Of a stretch of DNA of 64,000 nucleotides, positions 1 to 8,978 are shown in pieces. The DNA is from Gnetum montanum (Eukaryota; Plantae; Gnetophyta), in contig MNCI01001065.1 of assembly GCA_015680685.1 (NCBI GenBank), forward strand, positions 428,602 through 492,601, in the 5' to 3' direction. The notes under the pieces were generated by a model. The model was not told the DNA's origin and searched no databases. It saw only the letters and a list, made by a program, of their open reading frames with translations. The stretch's first letter is position 1. Each line of letters starts with the position of its first letter. Made by a program: the position numbers and the translations under genes.

Positions 1-657
1 CACCTGCCGCTCGGCGCGGAGCGGATCGCAGGTCAAAATCGTGGGATCCTTTCTGAACGCCTTGAGCAGATTCTCGCGGCCTTCCAGAATGTTCTCGAAG
101 AACGTGATGTTCCGCGAGAGCTGCTTCACGTTCAGCAGCCGCGGGCCGCGCGACACGGCCCCGCCGAGGTCGCCGCGGGAGAATCCAAGAGATTTGATGA
201 GGTCGAGCTTGGGGCGTAGGGTTTCGTCTGCTCTGTTGCGCAGCACGGCAGGGTTTTGCAGAACCAGAACGCGAATCTGCGCGACTGCAAAGCCGTAGTC
301 GCGGAGCAGCTCTACAACTTCCCTAGCGCGCCGCAAGGACCGCGCCTGGAATACCTTCGGGTGCCGTTTTCGCAGATTTCGCAGATTTACCTGCGACAGG
401 CCGCATTCTGTCTGTAGAAATTTCGCTATCTGCGGAGATTCGTCGTCGTCGTCCCGGATTTCTGCTGCCGGAGAGGAGAGCTTATGGCATGCTTTTTCGG
501 TTACGGTTACTGCAACTGCTGCTTTATGTGGTAGCCATTGCCGCTGTATACCTACAGCAAATGAGCTCACTTTGAATCTGAAACAGGACGCCCTACAGAG
601 GAAAGGGATGACCGCGGGAACAAAGACGGGGCAGAACACAATCCTTAGCAAACCCAT
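1..657 (-). CDS. mTERF: mTERF-family protein (organellar transcription termination factor-like), 5' part; continues beyond the left edge
   Basis: Manual translation from ATG at 655-657 is open for 219 codons to position 1: MGLLRIVFCPVFVPAVIPFLCRASCFRFKVSS (transit-peptide-like)...FLQTECGLSQ...VVELLRDYGF...QNPAVLRNRADETLRPKLDLIKSLGFSRGDLGGAVSRGPRLL. These are typical plant mTERF repeats. GC-rich with CpG retained. Missed by the ORF track because there is no stop in the window. Confidence 0.88.
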   Translation of the reverse strand, partial: MGLLRIVFCPVFVPAVIPFLCRASCFRFKVSSFAVGIQRQWLPHKAAVAVTVTEKACHKLSSPAAEIRDDDDESPQIAKFLQTECGLSQVNLRNLRKRHPKVFQARSLRRAREVVELLRDYGFAVAQIRVLVLQNPAVLRNRADETLRPKLDLIKSLGFSRGDLGGAVSRGPRLLNVKQLSRNITFFENILEGRENLLKAFRKDPTILTCDPLRAERQV

Positions 658-898
658 TGTGCGTGGTTGAAACAGGATTTTGGATGTTGCAGATTCAAAA
701 GGGAGAGTTTTTGAGGTCAGGGAGTGCCGGCATGTGAAAATGAACTATGGCAGCAACATCATATTTTTGTAAATTTACAACTTAAATCATTCGCAGTTCA
801 GAGTCTCTGTTAATTGCTAAGTATTGTGTTCTGCCCCGTTTTTGTTCCCGCGGTCATCCCTTTCGTCTGTAGGGCGTCCTGTTCCAGATTCAAAGTGA
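567..898. repeat. 85-bp inverted repeat; arms 567-651 (mTERF codons ~3-30) and 814-898; 162-bp spacer
   Basis: 814-898 equals the reverse complement of 567-651 with 4 substitutions and no indels (counted by eye). Confidence 0.95.
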
Positions 899-1031
899 TT
901 CTCCTATCAGTATTACTCTAATTTTGTAGTAAATTCTCCTATACCAGTATTACTCCAATTTTGTAAACTAATGATGTCTGTCCTATACAGTATACAGTAT
1001 TACTCCAATTTTGTAAACTAATGATGTCTGC
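899..1031. repeat. Short imperfect tandem duplications at the virus/host junction
   Basis: CAGTATTACT(C/T)(C/T)AATTTTGTA occurs three times, and CAGTATTACTCCAATTTTGTAAACTAATGATGTCTG occurs twice. Confidence 0.85.
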
Positions 1032-1374
1032 CGAAGTAGATGATGTAGCTTTGGTTTTCATGTGGTATATTGTTTCCGGGCCTGTCGTGGTTGTTTTGTT
1101 TGTACGGAAGTGTAAGTGCCAGAAGTTGTACCTCTATTCCTGATCTTAATTTTTCTTTTTCTTTTTCTAAGAATTTCTTAAGATGCTCTTTCTCTTCCTC
1201 TTTGTGTGATGATGTATCAAGGCATCACATTCTTTACAACGATAATGTGAATCTATTTGTTTTAATTGTAAATGTCTACATGATGGATCTATTCCAGATC
1301 TAGAACCCTTAGAATAATCAACTTGTCTAATTTTCTTCTCTCTATTTTTCCTGTGCTCTCACCTTTCCTATTTG

Positions 1375-1448
1375 TTTTACTAATTTTCCTACTTCATGAT
1401 TCATTTCTTTTTTTTACTAATTTTCCTACTTCATGATTCATTTCTTTT
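1375..1448. repeat. 37-bp tandem duplication that frameshifts the viral polyprotein
   Basis: ACTAATTTTCCTACTTCATGATTCATTTCTTT starts at 1379 and again at 1416. Confidence 0.9.
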
Positions 1449-1495
1449 ACAGATAAATGATCTGTTTCAGGTGAACAAGAACGAAAATATGTGTT

Positions 1496-2344
1496 TCATA
1501 ATAGTGGGAAAAGAGGTAATTTTTCTTTATCTTTGTTTAAGGGGTCTTGATCTAGGAATTTAGGTTTTTGTAACCTAACTTGAGTTCTTCGTTTTGTTCT
1601 TGTCGGAGTAGGCCCTAAGTATTCAAAATATGTTGAATACTTAGATGTTAAGTCTAGGTATTGTTTGTGAATAGGTAGACCTTCCATATCTATTTCTACT
1701 CCATATTCAAGGTTTGTCATGCCTACTTGCACCTGTTGGTCCCCAAAAGGTAACAAAGTTTGGATACTCGTAGTATTAAATAATTTAAAACACAACCTAG
1801 TACCTATAGTAGCATAGATTGTTTGATCATGCATGTTTATAGGAATATAAACAATTAACATAAGACTTTTACTAATATGTGGATCATGTAAGGATAATTT
1901 AAAGTTAGGGATGGTTACTATTAACGTATCCATTTCCAAAGTTCCTTTAGCCTATGTACTAATTGCATCTTTAAAGTTCTTAAATCTTTTATCAATCAAC
2001 GCAATCCAGTATGAGATCTTTAATCTATAATTAAAGTGTGGATGGATGTGGATTGATAGTTCTCCTAAGTGGATGTAATTGTATCCTTCTTTGATCCATT
2101 TCATACACTTTATAGGACTAAAAAATGTTAAAGTTACTGGCCTGAGTCTTGAGCCTGAAATTTCCAGATCACATTCCGATAAATACATCTCCTTATACGA
2201 TTCTAACCATTTTAAACTAGATTTTGGATAAATTTCAGAACATTTCGAAATAGGTAAAGGTTCCATACCATTAGAAGTACTACAAAACACAGATACACAC
2301 TGAACATAAGAGTTGGTACTTGTCATACTAGATGAATTAGCCAT
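1496..2344 (-). pseudogene. Caulimovirid 30K movement protein (N-terminus of the polyprotein)
   Basis: ORFs 1952..2344 and 1496..1939 are in the same frame, separated by one TAG. Motifs GYNYIHLG, ALIDKRF (D motif) and IPNFKLSLHDP. The frame continues past the TGA at 1496. Confidence 0.88.
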
Positions 2345-2578
2345 TCTGGTTGATGAAGATGATACTGCCTCACACTGTGTGTCTTACAGCTTTCTCTACA
2401 AGTCTTACTACACGTCTTACGATATCGGTGATCTACATGTCTCAACGCAACACTACGGGCTTTTGAAGATTGTATGCAGCAGGTTTGTCAAACTCTCTTA
2501 TGGTCATACGTTTCTCACAAATTCAGAGTACAACCTCCACAAATGAGAGCGAGAACAACATATATCAAATAGCACACT

Positions 2579-2800
2579 TTTATTGCCTCAACTTGCAAAA
2601 TTACAACACTATAGGAGATGCTAGATAGGAATGCTTTTGAGGAGCTATACATAATCACTTAGGTTTTCTCTACCGATGCCTCCTAGAGGAGCGAGGGACT
2701 TAATTTATACATCTATAAGGACTATTGTAGATAGACACGCACCTAGCTGACTTAGCTAGGGTTGCAGACTTTGATTCCTAAGCTGACTTCTAGATAGATC
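2579..2800 (-). promoter_or_regulatory. Viral intergenic region: pregenomic-RNA promoter TATA box plus downstream poly(A) signal
   Basis: On the - strand, TATAAA at 2709-2704 is followed about 120 nt later by AATAAA at 2584-2579, between ORF2 and the MP ATG. This is the usual caulimovirid layout that gives a terminally redundant RNA. Confidence 0.6.
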
Positions 2801-2871
2801 TGATTGGACAAAATCAGAATACAAACTCAATAATAGACTGACTTTTATTTACAATCACAGGTGGCATATTC

Positions 2872-3682
2872 TTATGCCGACCCTTCATCAGTCTCATCTT
2901 CATCCAGATTTGGGGATGGATCCTCGTGGAGAAGGAATTCATGAATATGGAGCCCACCACGTTCTTGGTACTGACGATATTCTAGATTGAGGTGGTACAG
3001 TTGTAGAGTTATTGGGAATCTTCCATTTCTACCATAGTGCTCTATGATGTCAACATCAGTGGCTGTGTAAATGTCCTGGAACCATGCATATGCCCAAGGG
3101 TTCTAATAATCTAGATGACAGTTGGAACATGATGTTATAAAATAAGCTAGAGAATCTGTTTCTTTATGAAGAAGATCCTAGCTAGAGACTTGATATGAGT
3201 GAAGTACTTGAAGCTATCATTTTCTTCACTCTTGATTTCCCTAATTAAATTTAATGGAAAACCCTGACGATAATAATGTGGTGTACAACCAAATTTATTC
3301 CACCATGACTAAAATGATGGACTTTCCCTGCAACTAGAGTCAAAGTTAATGTGATAGGTGTGAAAAGCATTGGGATGGTACAATGGCCAAGAATGGACAT
3401 TTTCAACGTACACATATTCAAAATCAAGGTTTCTAAAGTTCACCATGGTTTTTAAGGGTGTTTTAGTTAAAGAGCCATCTAGGTTTTTAAAACCATAGGA
3501 AGCTTTGGTGACATTGGTCCAAACATGAGGATTTTTATTGATCTAACAAAATTGATTCCATTGGAATTAATGATTAGTGCGATACGCGTGAGCTTCCACA
3601 TTACTCAAATAACTGTTAGTAATATTACAACCTCTTAATCTACGACTATAATGTAAACTCCATCCTTCGTGCAATAATAACA
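2872..3682 (-). pseudogene. Viral ORF2, florendovirus-ORF2-like protein of unknown function
   Basis: Manual translation gives ...HSWPLYHPNAFHTYHINFD...SPSF*SWWNKFGCTP...IFFIKKQIL*LI..., then after a frameshift an acidic tail EDPSPNLDEDETDEGSA*. This resembles the H(S/T)W...F..WW..FG...FF..PW pattern of florendovirus ORF2 (recognised from memory, not searched). Confidence 0.55.
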
Positions 3683-3709
3683 CTATACAAAATATTTAAA
3701 AAGGATTAG

Positions 3710-5550
3710 TTACAAATGATATTCTTTGGTCAGAAAATCTGCTAGAGCATTCTTTTTACCATCAATATATTGACTCTCAAATTCAAAATTAGCTAGAAAA
3801 AGACTCCATCTAATAAGTCTAGTATCTGCAACTTTGTTTAAATTCTTAACCTGTAAATATTTATCAAAATGTTTAAGATCACTCCTAATGATAAATCTTT
3901 GTTTTTGGAAGAATAGTCTGAATTGTTTAATACCCTTAATAATTGCTAATAATTCCTTGTGGGTATTGTGATAATTTTTATTAGCATTGTTAAATTTGCC
4001 ACTTGCATATTTGTACACATAGATGACTCCTTCCAAATCTTCCTTTAAGACTACACCCTAGAATTCATCTGAAGCATCTATTTCTAAGATTAAAGTTCCA
4101 TGTGTTGGTAATCTTAGTTGGGGCAAATTCTTACATTGTTCTTTTAATCTTTTAACTGCATTCGTGTGTTGGGATGTTCAATTACCTGTATCTTTAGTTA
4201 GCTGTTGATTCAAGATCTTTCTATCTCTAGCTAGATCTTTGTAAAAACTAGATACACAATTCAAACAACCTAAGAATCTTTGCAGTTGTTTCTTATCTTT
4301 GATTTCATTTGGGAAATTTTGTATTGAAATCAGAATATGATCTTGTAAATGAATCTTCCCATGAGTAATTTTCATACCAAGAAATTTAATAGTATCAACA
4401 ATGATCTTAATTTTCTTTTCAGATGAAGATAATACTAAACCATTTTAATAAAGTATTTCATAAAATTTATTTAAATGTTCTATATGTTGATTTACGTTTT
4501 TAGACATAATTAAAATGTCATCTATGTAAACTAAAATAAAATTATATGCTTTGAAAATTTTATCCATACATTGTTGGAATATGGAAGGTGTTGTTTTTAT
4601 ACTAAATGGTAATACATTCCATTGGTATAATCCTCCTAGAATTGTAAAAGTTGTTTTTCATCTATCTTATAAATAAATCTGGATTTGCCAAAATCTTGAT
4701 TTTAAAACAAATTTGGAATAAATGTGAGTATTTTGTAGTCATTGAAAAAGATCATCTTTTGAGGTGATTGGATGTTGTACTGGTTTTATGATTTCATTTA
4801 AGGGTTTATAATGCACAACCAATCTCTTCTTACCTCTTATTAACTTCGCTCTTTTGTTAATATAAAATGCTGCACAAGCAAACATACTTGTACTAAGAAT
4901 AATAAAATCTTTTTCTAATAATTGTTTAATCTCTTTCTCATATTCTTTTCTCAGTTCAGGTGACATACCTATATGGTGAGCTTTTGCTTTTACTTGTATA
5001 TTATCTAGCAAATCTATGTGACACCAGTGTTCTTTATGATGTATGAATGCAGTTGGATCTTCATTTGCAACCGTCATTATTTTTTTGTTTGATTTGATGA
5101 AATTCATCAGTTTTTTGATAAATCTGGTTGATTACCCAATCAATATTTTTTATGAGTTTCATCTCTTGATGATCAAATCGAGAGACTATATAAAATCTTC
5201 TTTTATAAGAGTATTTTCCTAAGATTATTTTATCTTTTAAAATTTGATAAGGTTCAAATTTATGTAAATTGTATACACCCATTATCATATCATAGACTAA
5301 CCAATCTATTTGACAAACCTCAAAATGTGTAATGTCTCCTAATGGAGTTTTTATAGGTAACTGAGTATCTTTAGTAATTCTTTTGTTTAGATGATCAAAA
5401 CTTACGATGAAGGGTTTTCTTTCTTTCCACAAATATTCAGGTATTATCCTTTTTTTTCTACAAAGACTTTAGCTCCTGTATCGATTAGTGGATCTATGGG
5501 ATAAGCCTTGAATCCGGGTAATTTTATCTAGAAAGTACAGATTGGAACTT
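3710..5550 (-). pseudogene. Caulimovirid aspartic protease, reverse transcriptase and RNase H
   Basis: LIDTGA at 5488-5471; DMIMG; ACAAFYINKRAKLIRGKKRLVVHYKPLN; YQWNVLPF; YIDD at 4528-4517; KKQLQRFLGCLN; LEIDASD; KELLAI; RLIRW; NALADFLTK. Several stops and homopolymer frameshifts. Confidence 0.93.
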
Positions 5551-5559
5551 GGATAGGAC

Positions 5560-6900
5560 TTTTCTTATTCAGATTTATGAAAATGGGATGGTTGGATTTT
5601 GTTTTTAGTTCATATTTTTTTTCTTTTTTCACTTTCTTCTTCAGCCTATAATTGTTCTAATTCTTATTCTACCCACTTCATAAATGTCTGTAGTTGTTTA
5701 ATTCTATGGGTTCTCCATAGAGACCTATCTACTTTTTTCGTTAATTTTGGAATATATGTTTTTTTCATTTGTTCTTCTATTTGTGGCTGCCCTTCTACTT
5801 GTTTTCCTTTCTCATGTTCCTTTATATATTCATCTAATTCTTCTTCCATGTTATCCATGGATTGGTTAGGCTTAGCGTCAAGGAAAATATCTTGATCCCT
5901 TTTAAGTTGTCTCAATCATCTACATTCTTCTTTTTTCTTTGTTATGGAATTTTATAATTGCATATATTTACCTATATTCTCTAAAGGTGTTTGTTTTAGT
6001 TTTGCTTTTAAAACACTAATTTCTTGTTTCAAATTATCTATATTTACATCTAATTGATCATCATATGGATTAGGTAATACCAGAGTTGGTGTTGGTATAC
6101 AAGATGTTTGATGGTATCCTATAGGTATACGACCTCCAAAATATTTTCTAGAAGACGTTTTGGATGATGAGGATCTGATTCTATTCATATTATTTGCATA
6201 ATACAAATAGTCATTAAATTTTGAATCATCCGAAGTGTGAAAATGGACATTCCTTATTTGCATTCATACTATTTCTACATTAGTTTTTATTCCTATGAAT
6301 TCCTTAATGATAGTATTAAGAAATACTATACGAGGTGCATTTGTTAATTTATATTTTATATTAGGAGATATATGATTCTAGCATCTACGTAATATGCCTC
6401 TAACATTATATGTTGTATTTACGATGGTAATATAAGGTTGTTTTTGTTCCAAATAAATTTGTATATCTAAAAATGCTTGTATGGAATCTAAAACATCTTG
6501 TCTTTCTTTTAATGATTTATTATCCATCATAAAAGTAGGTTGTTTAGATCCTACTTTTCTCATTTGTAATTGATGTAAATCTGCTGGATCTATAGCCTGA
6601 TTTCAGGCTATAGTTTCCTTAATCAACATTTCTTCTTTTGTATCATAGTATGTAGCTTTTAGTGTACTTACAGCACTAATGCTTAATGATTCATCATCCT
6701 TGGCTTGATTCATGTTAATTTGTAAACCTTTTAATTTTGATTCTACATGTTTTTCTCTGGCTTCTTTTTCTATGTTAGCTAATTTTTCTTCTTCTAATCT
6801 TCTCATTTTTCTTTTATACCTAGCTTTATGACTATGTCCAAATTTTGGTGGAGAAGCTAAAGAAGGAATTTTGAAAGCTTTGGAAGATGTTGGTGTATTG
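5560..6900 (-). pseudogene. Coat-protein-like and coiled-coil region of the viral polyprotein
   Basis: ORFs 6603..6806, 6378..6563, 5952..6263 and 5664..5915 share one frame. They contain FLNTIIKEFIG and KFNDYLYYA...KYFGGRIP, reminiscent of caulimovirid CP helices (IxxEFxG; NDYLxLA). No CX2CX4HX4C seen. Confidence 0.55.
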
Positions 6901-7271
6901 TTTTAGGGCTTGTCGTGGTTGTTTGTATTAAAGTGTAGGTTCCAAAAGTTGTAGCTACTGTTCCTAATCCTAACTTTTCTTTTTTTGTTTCTAAGAATTT
7001 CTTAGGATGCTTTTCCTCTTTCTTTTTTAATTCTTCAAATTTTTGTTTCTTAGTAGCTTCCTATGTTGGATTAGAAGTTTCTTCCTCTTTTTTCACATTG
7101 GTGCTTATACCACTAGTATGATGATGTATCAAGTTATCACATTCTTTACACCAATAATGTGAATCTATTTGTTTTAATTATAAATGTCTACATGATGAAT
7201 TTATTCCAGATATAGAACCTTCAAAATCAGAAGAATCAACTTGTTTAATTTTCTTTTCTCTCTATTTTTCC

Positions 7272-8650
7272 ATGGTTGGCCAAAAATGTAAACAAAATAT
7301 CATTTGTCTACCCATTTGGCCTTAGGGATTTTTTCCTTCATGTTTGCATTAGCACTTATTAAAGTTCTTTTAAGGCCACTCTCTAATCCAATTCGATTTC
7401 AAATCCAATAAGTTGATGATCATAGAATAACATTGAAATAAGACCAACCTCACTACTTATGGGTATAGATATTCTTAAAGAAGTATTTAGTCATTATCAC
7501 ATTATGCTAGGGGTTGGAAGTTAAGGTTAGGCCTTATTATTTAGCCCATGATCCTAAGGAAACTATGTGAAAGAAGTGAGCATTGAGGTCTTCTTCCTTA
7601 AGCTAAGTGATTCTAATCCTTTATTTTCAATAGTTGTCTTTAACATAAAGAAGCTAGAAGAGAGTGGATTGGAGGTGCTAAAAATAGAGGTTGATGATAT
7701 CAATTTTGCTAAACTGCATGAGTTCCTATCTAACTTCTAGAAAAGTACATGTCATGGTTATGTATAATTGATTCTCTAGCCCCATGGTATCCTTTTGCTT
7801 ACATAAGGTCTCTTATATGGCTTTCCTATTATTAATCTATCTCTAAAAGCATTCCTCAATTTTTGATATATTCCTGGGATCTGCAACTAGGCATTCTCAA
7901 ATTTAAAGTAGTGAACCAAGTGGGCATTAAACCTCCATCTAATAGTAATTGGATTATGTTTTGAGAAGGATAATAGTTCTTCCATGAAAAGTAGCTTGTG
8001 CTATTTAAGGAAGGTCTTTGCGGTCTAACATCTATTAAGCCTTGAATCCTGAACTTCATGTTCTTTAAGAGGTCTTCTTAGGTGAATTTTATACATTGTA
8101 GAGGTAGTTTTATCAACACCACATAAGTAATAAAAGATTTGAAGACTTTAGATTCAACATTGGATATCAATTCCATCAAGCATTTTGCTAGGTGCTCCAT
8201 CACATTAAATTCCCCCATAAGAATTTGCTACTAGGTTCTCTTCAAATGTTTCAGAATCTCTAGATAAAAACATTGAAGGCCTTTAGGAAAAGAGAAAATT
8301 TAAGCATTGATAATTACAATATCTTACCATCTATGGGATATGCAAGTGGTATGTAGCTTTACCTCTACAAGCAATAATTGCATAATTCATAGGATGGTAA
8401 GGCCTAAATAGATGCTGCCATGAGCATAGGTTGATATTTCCTACTAAAAGCTTGGAAGCATGACCTTCTTTCTTCATTTTATCTTTGACAAACAGAAAAT
8501 ATCCACTCCAAAGTTCTCTACAAAAGCCATCACTTCTCTTGCCTTTTCTAGATTGTTCAACTCTTCCACAATCTATGATGTAATGATCATGGAAGTGGTT
8601 TGTTGTGATCATTCTTGGGCATTCGACACAAGACATTACTCATGTATTAA
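7272..8650 (-). mobile_element. L1 LINE ORF2 fragment (APE endonuclease and linker), truncated at the EVE
   Basis: Minus-strand motifs ILMGEFN (GDFN, ~8215), FKSFI...KLPLQCIKFT* (FTW), SRLNR (SRLDR, ~8040), FKFENA*L (~7900) and NWIRE (~7390). Confidence 0.75.
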
Positions 8651-8680
8651 AAGCCATATATAATCTTCCTTTTAGTTTAT

Positions 8681-8978
8681 TGTCTACGTTGCTTGAAGAA
8701 TAAGGGTTGTGATAACATAATAGAGAGCCAAAAAACTAAATGTCCATGCTTTATTACTATAACATATAAATGAATCATACAAAGATAAATTAAGGATCAT
8801 AAATCCAATATATAGCCAAAGAACCACTAAAAATAACTCCAACATAAAATAGAAAGATTCCAAAGAGAAGAGGAAAATAGGCAAGAAGTTTGCCAAAAGG
8901 ATGGAAAGAAGAGGAAGGAAAACTCTAGAAAAAACAAAAAGAAAGTTACCAATTTCCACAACTACAATCATTGTAACA
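8681..8978 (-). repeat. Copia 3' LTR
   Basis: On the - strand a PPT (GAGGGGAAATT) directly precedes TGTTACA at 8978. The sequence is similar to 27678-27940. Left boundary approximate. Confidence 0.7.

Larger units (their letters stand above)
899..7271 (-). mobile_element. Endogenous caulimovirid (plant pararetrovirus EVE), circularly permuted and more than unit length, decayed
   Basis: 30K movement protein, CP-like region, LIDTGA protease, caulimovirid-type RT (YIDD) and RNase H, with no integrase and no LTRs. About 1047-1351 is repeated at about 6877-7271 (offset 5920 at the right end). Confidence 0.92.

Noticed and set aside
41-298. 85-aa + strand ORF
   Set aside because: Antisense shadow of the GC-rich mTERF CDS.
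901-1031. Spaced short repeats as a CRISPR-like array
   Set aside because: Eukaryotic context, irregular overlapping units and no unique spacers. These are junction duplications.
3710-5107. RT/RNase H as a Ty3/gypsy pol
   Set aside because: No integrase or LTRs, and it is linked to a movement protein. The motifs are caulimovirid-type.
7100-7112. TGGTATAAGCAC on the - strand as the viral PBS
   Set aside because: Only 6 initial matches, within the coding frame and absent from the left copy.
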